Shown here in pieces: positions 37,881 through 52,258 of a stretch of DNA of 64,000 nt. The stretch covers positions 654,074 to 718,073 of the forward strand of contig NMRA01000044.1 of assembly GCA_002633005.1 (NCBI GenBank), written 5' to 3'. The notes beneath the pieces were generated by a model, which saw nothing but the letters and a program-made list of their open reading frames with translations, did no database searches and was not told the origin of the DNA. A program made the translations under genes and the position numbers. This DNA is from Phoronis australis. Taxonomy: Eukaryota > Animalia > Phoronida. Within the stretch, counting starts at the first letter, position 1, and each line of letters opens with the position of its first letter.

Positions 37881-38330
37881 TAGCTGGGCAGACATGCACC
37901 AAAATCGTGCAAATGATGATACAAGCACCAATTTTTCATGATAACTCATAATAGCATACTTAAGAGACTGTCCGACTAGTCACTGGAAAATCCAAGATGA
38001 CGGCCATTTTTCAAGATGGCCGCCATCCAGTGTTGGCTTTAATGATTTTCCTTGTAAATCAGTATCTACTCAACCAATTTTAGCCATATCGGTGTCATAT
38101 ATTATAGTTTTAGTTATGCTTAATGCATTTTGGACTCTGTACACACTCTCAATTACATATCTTCTCAGGATATAGGCAATTATACACTTTAATTCGGTCA
38201 ATTTATATGTTTTTGTCTGGTCGAATGCTTTAGTCATGCTGCATTTGTCTGGTATCAATAGTTGATTAGATATTATGCATGGGGTGTACGGGTGTAGTGG
38301 TAGAGGTAGTACCTTTGTTTCAGCAGTCAG
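37881..38330 (+). mobile_element. Probable terminus of an Academ-like element
   Basis: TAGCTGGGCAGACATGCACCAAAATCGTGCAAATGATG..., followed by CAAGATG(G/A)CGGCC motifs. May belong with the coding remnant at 41060-41980. Partner end not found. Confidence 0.4.
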
Positions 38331-39719
38331 CCACATCCCCTGAATGGACTTCTGGTACTGGTCCTCACCGCTATACCACTTCTCACTTATGGCTTCAAGA
38401 AGTTGCTAGTGTGCAGCAACGGCCACATCGCGGGCAAAACTAGGTGAGAGTAACACACAAAAGCTGTGTGTATGAGAACTAAAGCATGTCTACCTCTAAA
38501 CATACTGAACATGAAAATGACAGGCCATGACTTGAAGACAATGTCTGGTGAGTAATTGTCTGGCACTACTAGGGCACACTGTGAAACTCAGCATGCGATC
38601 CAATGTCAGCTGAAGAGGAATCTTTATTAGATATATTGCTGCTCAAACATTGATCGTTTATCGTTGATACATCGGTGTTCACATGGTATCGGTTATCTGA
38701 AACGTTACAAAAACAGTCTAAGTTACTAAGTCTAAACTATACCATTAGCATTAAGCAACCACCACGATAACGTTACACCTACGTAATGTTCAATTAATGT
38801 CTAACGGAAACCGAACCTGAGGACCTACAAACTCAGGAAAAACATGACAGAATAAACCACTAAAGTTCCTAGACAGAAGAACTCATGTAGACAACTGTAG
38901 CACTCCGCAGGACTAGTTCACAAAATAGAAATATGCATACAACAAGAAATGCGTAAACTTAATAATTGACTACCAAAAAGCACTATGGCTGCCACGTAAC
39001 AGCATGTCTAGGTCTGCACAATAATAGTCCAGTCTACAGCAACGCTGACAAAACGCAAACTACAAATGCACAGCTATCCAAAAATCGGTATCTAACGTTG
39101 AACGATAACCAAATGTATACTCACAGCATTTGCCTCAAAAACACAATCCGGTAATCAACACACGATACATATGACAATCCAGGAGAGAATAAGGCAACTG
39201 GTGCTTGTTCGGACGTTTAAGTACTACGCAAAAACCTAGAAAGCTGATTGGCCCAGACAATATATCAACTTACACAACAATGGAAATAATACCACCGAAA
39301 GGTGGGGGTTGCTTAAATTATGACTTATCCCCGAGACAACGCCCTAAAATATATAACTAGGCACTAGGAGATTGAGAACGCCATCTCTAGGATAATATGG
39401 AAACAGTATATGCACTGCCTGCATTAACAAGATATACCTGTTTAGAGTCCAAAATGCTGCTTAATCTACACCATCAATTAAGCAGTCACACTTGAATTGA
39501 CAGGATTTGCCAGCGCGGGAAAGCCGAGCCAACGATAATGGGGTTCATAGTTATCCGGATGGTATACAGATCGGACGGGACTTAAATGGCGTTGGATGAG
39601 CGATCGGGCTAGGAGTAGGGCAAAATGCATGAACCTAGTCCTATCCCATACAGTAAAGTGCCCGAGACACAGGGTGGTAAAAGGATAAATCCTCGACCCT
39701 GCGTATCATTTTTAAAGTG

Positions 39720-41010
39720 ATATATATTTATTGCAGAATACACAAGACATACAGAGAAATGATGAAAAACCCAGAAATCGCGAAGCATTATATCTGGGTT
39801 GCAAACAATTCATAAATGAAACTAACATATATAGAGGTGAATACATTTAAGTAGTATCTAATGCGAATACATGTATATAAAAACTAGTACAGATTCGTGT
39901 ATGGAAATCAGAAGCAGCAATATTGATAAACGGTACATAAAAATTTGCTAACTTTGTTAGGAGGAATTCATTGAGAACGACGTCAAAGTTAGGAGTACCA
40001 TTCAATAATATTGTAACTTAATAGGGGTAATCTTACAAGAATTGAGAACATTAACAATTGATTGGTTTTCATTAAGTGCACGAAAGAGTGAGTCTCTCAG
40101 GTATTCGATTAGGGGACATTTGAAGAAAATATGAGGATAAGATCACCACTTTTACAGTTTAGAGAAACATTACTAAAGTTATGCCTAAACTTGTCAGATT
40201 TGAGGGAAAGACCACATCTTGATCTGTACAATGCTATTTCGTTATCGCGGAGAAGGGAGAATTGAGTTAAGGGTGCTGAGTTATCAAAATTGTGAAAAAC
40301 AGTTCTAAAAATATTTTTTATGAGAGTTGCTTTCCTTAACAGAGACTGGAAGAGAATTCCAGTTGTTGATGCACATCATGACTGTAGACCTTCTGAATGC
40401 CTGACTGAATGACGGAGGAATTGCATATGGGATCATTGAGGATCTCAAATTACTACGATGGTCTTGTCTAGTGTATAGATCCAATAGTTTTTGACAGAGG
40501 CGTTGTTGACGTTGTTTATTACTTTGAAAGTAAATGTGGTCATGTGAGGATTTCGTCGAGTAGACAGTTTGGGCCACTTGAGACTATTCAAAACCTTAAC
40601 ACTATTGGATACCCTGTAAGCTCCGGTTATGAGTAAGGCAGCTTGATGTTGTAATTTCTCCAAATGTTGGAGTGCACCCGTATTGGCCGACTGATATGTG
40701 ATATCACAATAATCGATGTGTGGAAGTATAAATGATTTGAACAAAACTTCTAAATATGTAGAATTCAGATGACGAGAGACAAGCTTAAGTGGGTTAATTA
40801 GTTTCTGAGTTTTTGTACGAGCTCCCGAACGTGAGGTGTGAATTAGAGTTTTTCATCTAACAGTATACCAAGATGTCTGTGCGACTGTTTTCTAGGAATG
40901 ATTTCATCATTAAGTTTAAGGTCATAAAACGGGTCAACAAGGAAGAGAGCATTAAAAGATTTGGAGAAGGTGAGGTCAACGATTTTTCTGGTTTAAAATT
41001 CATTCACCCT
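39720..41010 (-). mobile_element. 5'-truncated CR1/L2-group LINE (RT C-terminus and 3' end)
   Basis: ILLDEKL, FKSFILPHIDYCDITY, LEKLQHQAALLITGA, WNSLP and HIFFKCP. Decayed. Confidence 0.8.
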
Positions 41011-41059
41011 GCGTATCCTAAAATAACTATGGCTTCAAGTAAAACATTTGGCGCACCAA

Positions 41060-41980
41060 CTGGGACAACTGTTGCCTTTGTCAAACGGAGACGAAGGAAG
41101 ATCTCACGTCTCCACTTTCAAATCCTTCGAAACTGCAAGATGACGGATACATCCAGTTGGAGAGGAATATTCCTCGATTTCATTCGCTCAATGAATTGCC
41201 AATAAATCTGGAGCCCTCAAGATTTGACGATGGCAACGGGATAGAGAACACTTTGAGAAAATAAATGCCCAGTAGCATTCCAGCTGCAGGCTGCTCTTCT
41301 GCATTACGAAGTTGCATCGAGCTGAAAAAGATCATCAGCCCTTGTAGCAGACATTAGTGACAATAGCAACAACTGCAAAGTACCAAGAAGGTTTATAGAC
41401 CCGAAGACGACCGAATGCTTCTTACGTGAGGAGGAAGGTGAAACCCTGAGACAAGCTATGACCTTGAAACTGAAGCACAAAATCAATGATTGTGTCAAGA
41501 CTCTCAATGATGGTAAGCTCCTGGCAAAACTGAGTGCCGGAGATGCCATCGCATAAAAAGTAAAATATCACCCAGCATGCTTGGTAGCTCTGTACAACAG
41601 AGAGAGGGCATTCCTGAATGCTCAAGAGAAGAAGAAAGAAGAAGGGACTCTCCAAGCAAAGAGTGCATATCCAATGGCTTTTTCGGAACTCGTGACATAC
41701 ATTACTGAGGTGAAAACTGCAAGTGATGGTTCAAATCCACCGGTTTTCCGACTTGTAGACTTGTGTTGTCTGTACAGGAAGAGACTGGTGCAGCTAGGTG
41801 TCAAATCGCCCGACATACATGCTACCCAAAACAAGGAAGAGGCAACTGATTGAGATGCTCCATGAGAACGGAATCAGAGTTTCCTACGATAGAGTCCTTG
41901 AAATCTCAGCCCAGCTTGGAGAGGCTGTTGTGGCACAGTACGTTGAAGATGGAGTCGTCTGCCCACCAGTCCTGAAAAGC
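41060..41980 (+). pseudogene. Academ-like transposase N-terminal remnant
   Basis: LNDGKLLAKLSAGDAIA..VKYHPACLVALYNR; AFSELVTYI; LIEMLHENGIRVSYDRVLEI...GVVCPP. Confidence 0.7.
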
Positions 41981-43039
41981 ATGATTAGAAGTTTGTCCTC
42001 TACAAAATATACTACAGGTGCTGATTTTGCCGGCATCAAAAAGTCTTGTAAGACATTTATGTTTCAAAGAATTTTGATGTATGTTTAAATTCGTTTAATC
42101 GACATCATTCTTACGCCATGAAGTAAATTCCATCGATGATTCTTGTCAACTTGAAGTAATCATTGGTGGATCTATAATGTCACGTTTCGTAGTACCTCCC
42201 GTGCGGACATTCAGCACTTCGACCTACAGGTCATTCACACGATTGCCTGCGATTATGCCATTTCGGACTAAGATTATTGAGCCGACTGCTGTCCTTTTGA
42301 TCTGGCCTAAAACAATAAATAAAAATAGCTGCTTGTCACTTTCTTCAGCCATCGAGATAAAAAAATCCAGTCTTAAAAAGAGCCTTGTATTTTGAGGTAA
42401 AACTTACTTAGGGCTCGAATGTCGTTTCCCACCATTACGGTAGCGTATACAAAAGTTCACGTAGCTCGCTTGATAAAAGATAATGTTCGTGGTCTTTAAA
42501 GAGGAGTTGCCCCCAGCTGCTGCGCATTTGCTGAATAAAGCTCGTTGCTGGTAAGAAATTCTATTATTAACCTGTACAGCATTCGCACAAGAGATTTAAA
42601 TTTGCATTTTGATCTGCTTAGCTGGATAACAACAAAAATCGAAATAGGTATTCGATTCTCATAAAATTTACTCTCCTGATGTTGCTTAGAGTGACACAAT
42701 CCTATATTCGAAAACCATCAGTGACACAAGACACCTCTAAACACTGTATCGGGATTGGCCAATCCTGCCATTGCAGATTCGGAAGTGTCGTGTGGACGCA
42801 TCATCTGTAAATTCAAGATCGGATAGTAATGCTTTTGAAACGCTAAAGCGTTTCGTTTAAAAAGTCAACACAGACAACTAAACAGGGGAGGAATGGAGCT
42901 TTAAATGATTTTGCTTTTGATAATATACCAGTCTCGCGCGACTGGCACTCCACGTAGGATGCATGAGTAAATCAGCTCTTTTACTTTATTTTCAGAAGAC
43001 AATGGATTGGTTTCTCGTCGGCCTGTGTTGGCTTGGAGT

Positions 43040-46000
43040 ATTTTTATTATATTTATTTATCTTAGTGACATAAGGGTGCCAGTAAATACAATATCAGACA
43101 GAATATTCACCACACCCCCAGCCTCAATGGGCTTAGTTAGTCACCTAATAATAATTAAATCATTACATAACATATTGCACGAGCTCAAAGATGACCACTT
43201 CAGACTAGTTTATAAACAAACAATTACTTCTAACCTGCAAAGCGTCTTGAATGAATTTCGCTAGACCTTTCAAGTTATTTTGGAATATTTGAGGTAGGGC
43301 AGAATCCCGTATAAAGTATGATCGAATGTGAGTATATTTTTCACAATCAAAAATGAAATGAACTTTATCTTCAATTCCGTTTTTACAAACACGACAAATT
43401 TGCTCATTCACAGGAATTCCGAAATACCGCCCCACCTCAACCTCTTATGGTAGAATGCCTGCTCTCAATCGAGCTATGACGGACCTCTGAGACACCCAAA
43501 GAAGTAAATACTCTTCTACACAATAGTCATTCTTAACCGATTTACATAAGTACAGTTTTGGCTTCTCAGTGATTATATTTAACCCGTTTAACTCTTCTAA
43601 CTGGAACCTGAATGTTTTGAAGGTTTCGAGAGACACCATTTACTTGTTCCTGAAATTTTCTAAAAAGTCGCACTTCTCCATAATTTTAAATATTGAACTT
43701 GACCAATTACAGGTGTTCCGATGTTTAAGGTCCCATAAAAAGACTTTTTTGCAATTCTGCTTTCATCCATTAGAACTAAACGATTCCAGAGCCTTGGCAT
43801 ATTTTCATGTTGTTTGTAGTGTGAATGAGGCCAACCCGAGTCGCCATAAAGTACTGCATTGACAGCATACTTGTGGACCCCTAAAAATATATGTAGTGCT
43901 CTCGTTCAGATCCATATTCTCGAATTGAAGCGACGGACATTTCAAAACATTTACTGTAACTGTTGAAACCCATGTTACCAATATGTTTGTACTTGCTCAC
44001 CAGAGCTCCCAACACTCTGGAGGCGGAGTCTGCCAGTACCTCAGCTGTCAAACTGAAATCCATAAACTGATTCAGAACTACACCCAGATATTTATAGCAT
44101 TCTCTTAAATTCACAATGCGAGCGCACAAAATGAATTACAAACTCGTTCTTACATGTCCCCTCTTGCGAAAATGAACCACTTCAGACATGAGTGTGAACA
44201 CGTGGTCAAGACAAGACCTCCACTGTCGAAAACCATTTTGTTCTTCATTCAGTTTGTGTTCGGCATTCAGAAATTCGGTTAATCTCCTGTTTAGTACATT
44301 CCAATACACTTTGCTCACGGTGGAGAGCAGACTTATGTTTCTATAGTTGGTCGGTAAATTCAAATCTCTATCTGATCCTTTCGGTATAGGAGTGATAATC
44401 GCTTTACACCATTATGAGAAAGACCTTCTGAAAGTGCGAGACCAAAATATTAACCATCTCTGGGGATCTCAGCACTTCGTATGGGATACCGTCTATACCA
44501 GTGGCCTTGCCCGATTTTAATTTTCGAATAACAGAATAAACTTCAAAAAACGAAAAACTTTTTTTCCAGTACTTCTTTTACATGACCCGAACATTCAGAA
44601 TATTGCATTGCTTTCTCCAAATTCTATACGCTTTGACTTTCAGCCATTGGAATTTTTGCAAACAAATCTCTAAAACTGGCCTCCCATGTTTCTGAGTGAA
44701 TAATATTTTCATTTCTCTTCTTGAGCTGAGGTCCTAAGTTCTTGAGTTCCTTCCAAAAAACATTGGGGTCATTTTCACATGAATCTTCAATCAGTGTTTA
44801 TTTAGTTTTCAAATACTGTCTTTTTAAAAACCTGAATCTCTTGTCAAAGTAATATCTAGAGTTCCTATATTCATACAGTCGCTCCCTTCGTCGTTTAGTA
44901 TTTTTTCTTTGAGAAATACTTTTTCTTTTTTGGCCACGTTTTTCCAAAGTTGCGTTAATTCATCATTCCAAAAGGGCTTGTTTGCCTTAAATTTTTTTCT
45001 CAAATTTTTATTACAACTTTGAGTACATCTTAAATGCAATTCCATTTCTGTTTTTATAATTTCGCAGAGGGAGTTATAAATCTCATCAACTTCATATTGT
45101 CTTCGACACTCATTTTCTAATATTAAAAGCGACTCTCCAATCGCCCTTTTGCATACCTCATTATCCATGAATTCACTAGGGTCATTATCCATGAATTCAC
45201 TAGGGATAGAATTAAATTTAAACCGTTTTCTAAATCGCATATCAAAGAAGTTATCCGTACCGTGATCCTCTACAGATTCGTCACTTATATTCACTGGAAC
45301 GTGTAGCATAATTTCTAATATCAATACACTGTGATAAGGAAGTTTTGACTTTTCTGACAGTAGTCCCTGTAAATGATGTTTGTCAACTACCTCTGTACAT
45401 GCATGGACCTCAAATTTAGGACACGACTAGAGCGACTCATGGGGGACAATAAAGTAATCCACAACCGCTCTCCCACTATGAGTTATTGAGGTGAAGTTAT
45501 CTTTACTTATCTCTTTCCTACCATTCACTATGCAAGTTTTAGAGCCGAACAAAAATTCAATCAAATTTCTACCATGACTATTTACAGCTTTATCAATTAC
45601 TTCTCGTTTATTTACTTGACAATCAACATCTGGAATGTAATCATTCAAGTTACCCACTCTCGAGTTAAAATCTCCACATATAACAATGTCATCTGATATA
45701 TCTGCATGTAAATATAACTGGCATAATAGATGGCTATAGAAACTATCCGGATCACAACCCCTTGAAGAGTTTTCAGGTGGTAAATAGGAACAAAATACAA
45801 TTATACAATAGTCTGAGTGCATATGAGTTAGTCTTAAAGCTAATATACCATCACACGACTTATCAACAATATCAATTTTAAATGTTTTAAACAAACAATT
45901 TTAACGAATATTCCTACCCTACCTGAACCTCTTGGGGCCCGCTTGTTTATAAGCTGTCTATTGTGTCCGTACCAACAACAACCGGGCAAGGTATTAGATT

Positions 46001-46860
46001 TATTTGCATGTAAATGAATTCCTACCACCCCTATGATGTGGATGAAGAAAGCAATTGTTCACGGAGCAATGACATTGGCCTTGCAAATCCTCAAACCGCT
46101 GTCCTATTCTGCGTCACGAATTGTTTTGTTCCCCGAGTAAGCCTCCTCACCTGTGGCCACTCTCACAATTCGACCATTTGAGCGTATCTTGAATTCCTTG
46201 TTGTTCGGCAAAGTTTCAATGATTGTTTTGAAATTAATTTCAATTAACATGTCAGTGTGAGATTTGCTTCCACGAAGAAAAACGCGTTCAAATAAAGGCG
46301 TGAACTATATTTTTTTGCTTGTTCCGCAGCACTAGAAGTTTTTGAGCCAGTGACTCAACAGCAAGTTTGACCACGGGAGGTCTGTTGAGCGTTCAGACGG
46401 GTGCAATCCAGTAAGGTCACATCTGAAGACAGGCCCGTGCTACATAACAATTCTTTGGCCACTTCACGTAAACGTCGGGTTCCGTTGACTATGCCTGATG
46501 CGATAATACACAAGTCATTGTTTTTCAAAGGGTCGTTCTGAATGACTAAATCTGAACTATGCGTGCAATGCTTCTCCAACGCGCTGACACGGTTTTCGAG
46601 ACGTGCAAAATCCATATTAAAATCCGCCTTGAAGGATTTTAGCTTGATATCAATAGAATTTGTAATGTCATTGCGCATTTTATCCATTTTGGATTCAAAC
46701 GTTTTTCTAAGCCCATCTTGAGCCGACTTTAGAACTCTTATTTCTTTCAGTATGAGTTCCGATATCTCACCTTGATGATCACGTGAAGCTGGAGAGGTAG
46801 GCATGCTTGATATAGCTTCACTAATAGTAGGTTGAGAATTGAAACATTTTGCTACCTATA
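43040..46860 (-). mobile_element. Non-LTR retrotransposon with ORF1 and APE-RT ORF2, decayed, RT core deleted
   Basis: Coiled-coil ORF1 at 46355-46804; APE motifs GS.RVGIFV, YLPPENS, ICGDFNSR and VVDYF; NYRNISLLS and EEQNGFR...DHVFTL; YKYLG; ICRVC...EDKVHFIFDC; A-rich 3' tail near 43040. Confidence 0.9.
45158..45205. repeat. 24-bp in-frame tandem duplication in LINE ORF2
   Basis: CATTATCCATGAATTCACTAGGG occurs twice, giving PSEFMDND-PSEFMDNE. Confidence 0.85.
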
Positions 46861-48429
46861 TCACCTGTACGGTTCATAGTTGTCCTTAACTCGCTACTGT
46901 CCTTGCTTGGTTTACGTTTACGTACAATTTGCCACTCAGAATCATCCATTGAATGGGAGCAAATTTAAAAGGCTGCCGCCATTTTTCGAGCATGCAGTAA
47001 GAGTAGCATGGAGTAATTGGGACGTAACTTCTAGGGTATCCGTTTCCGTTCTCTCGGCACCGAATCAAGGCAGATATTTTGGTGATTGGGGTCACATTGA
47101 TTACTGTCAAGATGGTCAATTTGCTTACTGTACGGGTCCAAAATTAATAGAGACATATAACAATTTCCAAGCAGGTAAAAGGTAGAGATAGGCTTTGCCG
47201 TAAGCAGATATAAACAGCGATGCCACTCTTTCAAGTTACGTGTAACTTTTAAAGCGGCATCAAACCCGTGCCTTCTGTCAAAAATCGAGTTATTGTCTTG
47301 TTCTTTACTCAGTGTAGAAGTAATCTCTACTCTCAGGAAGAACTGGTAATGCGTTGTTTCCATATATAAAAGTCGTTGAATTTCAAGTCGCGGAGACCAG
47401 TTTCACAACGGTAAGCGGTCGAATTCAAAACTTGATTTTTTTACAGAAAGCACAGGTTCAGTGAAAGTTTTAAAATTTTTAGGCATGCCAGCAGAAACAC
47501 CTAGCAAGCCGCTCATAAAGCGGTGCTGTTGTGAACGTTCACAAAAGTCTTTCTGCCGACTGTTCCTCCTGTACTAATACCTTCCGGCAGAACCTCCAAT
47601 TGTTTTTATCCGGGGTTGAGAATTCCGTAAACACAAGAAGGTTGCCAGAAGAGCACAGTCACGCAAGACCAAGCAAATCAAGCCAGTGATCGCTTGTGAC
47701 CTTACTAGCTAGCACAGCTTAGGAAAGTGGCGGTTACTGAAGTGACTGATCAGTGAGGTTAGGACGTTGAATTTTGGCATAAAATTCACTGCTTCTAGTC
47801 CATAAGCGAAGTTTCTTCGCCGCAAGCCTTTGCAAGGCCTCATGTCTAAGGAATTCCAGACCCGGAGAGTCTTACGTATACCTAGTTCCTCGCCAGAAAA
47901 ACAAGCATTCGCAAAATCTCGTAAGATCACAGGAATGAAAAAAGCGAGTGTTTCGTGAGTATACTCGGGATCTTATTAGCTCATGCTATCAAAATATCTA
48001 CCGGTGATTGGCCGGCGAGTTTGGAGTGATGAATTAGGGGATCGCAGTGTTTCCTTTCCACAATTGAATATTTTCGACGTAAGTATATTAAGTTCATGTC
48101 TTGCGAACTACAAAACTCAACCTTGCAAACTGAAAGGCGTAATATGTCCGGAAATGGCCTTACTAAGCATGCTCAAGTACAAAAAACATCTTTCACAGCA
48201 CTAGTTTTGCAGGAAAGATGGTGAAAAGCCAGCAGAAATCCTTACACGAATACCAGTGCGCATTGTGCTAGCCTAAAGTGAAACAATTTGCCCAACTTAT
48301 GACAAAAGATTTTGCATGTATCAATTTGGGCCGGCAATGCTGACCCAAACTGTCTCAGTTCAGAAGTTGTCTGATGGTTTGTTATGTCACTTTAGACATG
48401 AACATACCACTGACAACAACGCCCATTCC

Positions 48430-49115
48430 GTAGTAACCCATTAGCTCTCACCAACGGTTTGAGTTGGTTGATGAGACATCACGCTCCTAACCTGCAAGAG
48501 TTTGTCTTCCGCATGAAATTTGGCAGTGTTAAGCTAAAATGAAACCATACTTTTAAAAAACTATGTTGACTACGACAGCTTGTATTAGAATACGTTGAAC
48601 AAACATTTAATGAAGACAAATGTGACAAACTGGAAAAGTCTTTTGCAGATTCTAGAAGTTTTTGGAGTGTGACTAGATGTCACGATATTAATGTAATACC
48701 AATTGACTTTGAAATGTAACGTAACTATCTCTCCAAATAATGGATAAGCTCAAAATTGGATATGGTAAAATACTGAAAGGGAGATAGTCTGTTTTGTAAC
48801 GTACTAAATAAATTTTTGAAAAGAGCCATTTCCTCCGAGCCGGGGCTAGAGTGCGCAATAATTCGCCAGACTTTTAAGACGTGCAAATGAGATGAACAAT
48901 TAGCCAAAAGGACAAACTGGTTTCAAAAAGCTACAGCACAGCCAATAACGTATTTGCTATCAATACATCTGTGGTGTGCCTTTCGAAAAGAAATCTTTAT
49001 TGCCCATATGTTGATTTTACCAAAGATTTCGATTTCATCAATAGAATTTATATTTAGACCAAACGGATTGCAGAAAATGTGTGTTGAAAAATTTTAAATA
49101 TGTTGAAGAGTATAT
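48430..49115 (+). pseudogene. LINE ORF2 fragments (RT N-terminal region)
   Basis: FRQTFK...LAKRTNWFQK...VDFTKDFDFINR resembles QxGF and F.D..KAFD. Highly decayed. Confidence 0.45.
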
Positions 49116-49119
49116 ACAT

Positions 49120-50830
49120 CTTCGGTGACGTTCGGTTAGCAACCCTCCAAACAGCAGTATGACCACGCAGGAGGTTCATGCAACCTGCTGGCAGCTTTAA
49201 AATTCGACAAGAACTTTAAGTTCTCTTGACATGTTGAAAGCAAGTTTGTCCCAGGCACTAACCGACACCTGTTAGGACAAAGGAAAAACGCAGCAGACAA
49301 ATGGAACACACTGGGTGCCTTGGTATTATACTTGCAATCTGGAGTCGTTCTGAAGTATCTGCATAGGTGAACCTAGTTGCGAAAGAGGTCTTATTGGACG
49401 ACTACTTTCATAGCAACCTACGGGGCTCATGTATTGTGCCCAATGAATTTCTACTGTCATCTCTACTTCACATTGCGAATATTTGATATTCTGTGCTGTG
49501 GTGATGTCAAATCTAATCCTGGTCCCTTGGCACCCAATGGCGAGTTCAGTATCTTATTCACTAACTTGAACAGTGTGAAGTCTAATAACCTTGGTTTTTA
49601 ATATTAATATTAATATTAAAAAAGAAGCGTCGATTGCATTCAGCGTTTAAAATGTCAAAAAACATCGCCTTATATCAAAGATATGAAGACCAACCTGTTT
49701 CAATCAAAAATCTTATTTCAAGGGCAAAAGCAGAACCATGGTTCAAGCTGCCAGTGACAAACGAAAGACTTCTATTTACATCTCAACCCATTCAGAAAAT
49801 TTTCGAAATTTATTTCCAGTTGCCCCTCAGAGTTGATTTATAACTCTTTCAATCTTCCTCATTTTAGCTATGCAGATATTATTTGTAATCACCGATTTGA
49901 CCATATTTTGTAAGCTTGATAGACTTCAATACCAAGGCTAAGCTGTCCTTCCTGTGGCAAGGGCAGTCGATGGGTCTCGTACAATTTAAGTCTTTGGTTC
50001 TCTCGACTGGACTTATCTCCCCCTGCTACGGAAACAGCACTTGACAACGTATTCATATAAAGTTATCAGCGAAATTAATATATCAAATTTAACTATTACC
50101 AATCGGTATCAACGTGATACATATTCTGTCAATATTCATCTCTGAACTGCTACTGTATACACAATTCCGTCAATATCTGCCATCTTTTAGTAAAACACCG
50201 ATTATTGCCGGTTTTGCTTTTATGGAATAGTTTACCACTAGAGCTTAATGTAGCCCACTCAATTTGAATTTAAAAAAATGTGTTAAATCATTTCTTAAAG
50301 GTAATAATCTCACACTTCGTCCTACTACCAAATTATGTTTACTACGTGAAAAGGAAATTCTCGCTAGCCAATTGCGAGCGAGGTTGCACCTCAGTTGACA
50401 GTTCTAACATAACTTTGACAAGTTTTCTGATAAATGTACCTGTGATGCAATTAATAGTGATGCTCATTACTTGATCTCATGCCCCATCCATAACGCATGA
50501 GCGTGAACAGCTGTTTCGCAGCCTTCAAATCAAACTTTTACTAATAGGAATAAAAACGAGCTTTCTGTTATATGGTTGTCACGATTTGAATCACTACTGT
50601 AATGCTCCATTACTTAGAAATGTTAGTGATTTTATTTTTATATGTCATAATAAGGAACTGTACTAATAGCTACGATCTGGTTGTTGTTCTGTTTTGTGTA
50701 AGTTTTTGTACATTATTATATTAAAATAAGTTCCCCTTTATAACCGTATGATTTTGTTCTTGCTTTTTATTTTCTTTACTTTTGGTGTTTTTGCTCAATA
50801 TCATTTTCACTTAAGTAATTCGCTGTTTTA
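49120..50830 (+). mobile_element. Internally deleted CR1/L2-group LINE: 2A-like N-terminus and start of APE joined to RT C-terminal remnants
   Basis: ILCCGDVKSNPGP...FSILFTNLNSV, later SYADII...LDRLQYQ, then a Cys/His tail. The 3' part is similar in layout to 39720-41010. Confidence 0.55.
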
Positions 50831-51371
50831 TAATTAGAAGACTGGATATAATGTTCGCTTTCTGGGATAAGCATTTGTATTTAATTTATTGTCAATTATT
50901 ACCGTAACAATAGCCAAAAATCAAGCCGTCAGGCGACTGCTCAAAATCGTAATGGGCCATCTTTTGCCAGGAATATAAGTGCCAAATAATGTTGCGCCTG
51001 ATTACAAACGAGTCTTTATACCATTTAATTATGTATCTTATTATTCCAATAAACGTGACCACTCGATGCAGATGATGGGTACGAATATTTCTTTTCCGGT
51101 GTAGCGTAACAAACAATACATACGAGCAATAGGAGGAAAATTAAATATAATTTATAAACTGTATTTTATCAGGTTTTCTTCCAAATATTTACTTCATACG
51201 ATTTCCTTCTAAGATCAGAGCACACTAAAATCTTTTTATGGGAATGCTGTCCCCTTTGTTTTACATTACTGCAATGAGAAGGGGTTACCCATCCACTAGA
51301 ATGCGTGTTCATCAAGCAGACGTAATCCTTACGAGTCTATTCATTTTTGTTCACTAATGATTCAACATGTC

Positions 51372-52210
51372 TGTTGTGTTTATGTTTACGTTAGAATCGG
51401 GCATGTGACTACAGCTGATGGGATGAGTGCAGTGTGTGGGTTGATGACTCTAGGAAACATGGCTTATTATGTAATAGTGTTACTCACATAGTTCCGTTCA
51501 GCAGTTGTAGTGAGTTCTATGTATAATTGGACATATTCCAAGAAATAACCTTTAAATTTGGCCATGTTCATAGTACAGCTATTCATTGACAAGAGAATTC
51601 GGTGACAAATTTGGTAAGGACAAGTAAAATCATGAAAAGTGACTAGATTAGTCATAGGGTTAGAATCATATAAATTCTGAATGAGAAGGCATTTTACAGC
51701 AGTTCAGAACGGAGATGTAAACGGGTTAAGACGTAGTGAAGCAGTTTATGAAGTTAAAACCGATGTAGCAGGACTTTGATTCCTCCACAGAAGTAAGTAG
51801 TTATTTACTATTATTCGTGTTTTAATTTTTAAGTAAAATAAGGTTTATTTAGAATTATTGCCAAATAGAAAGCTCAGAAATATGTTTGACTATCATGAAA
51901 ATAGCATGAATAAGAAATAACGAAAGTTTAAATAGTTTAATACAAGTATGTTTGAATATGATGCAGCTATCATGGAAATTAGAATGTGTTTAGATTTACC
52001 AAAATAATAAGCTAGGAGTCTTATTACGGTAACTTACGTTTATATCGGAATTATAAATAGCGTTTGACAAGTAATTGTTATTTAGATTAATTAGTTTCTA
52101 ATGTTTTGTAATTTGTTGTTTGCAGATCGAATAAATATACTATCATTTATATGATTTAACGAGGAATTCTAGTTCTCATTGGTTTCGGCCTTGAGCCTGT
52201 CAGCGGTACA
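51372..52210 (+). repeat. 5' LTR of BEL element 2
   Basis: Direct repeat of 59836-60681, with roughly 30 differences by eye including small indels. Confidence 0.93.
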
Positions 52211-52258
52211 CAGCATTCGATTTCTTGAGATAACGATTGTTACGGACGTGCCCTGACC

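Noticed and set aside
38580-39407. Possible reverse-orientation solo LTR ending ...GGAAACA at 39407
   Set aside because: I could not find a matching other end or a TSD.
42494-42904. TTAA-flanked Kolobok-like MITE
   Set aside because: The two ends match only weakly, so I cannot support it as one element.
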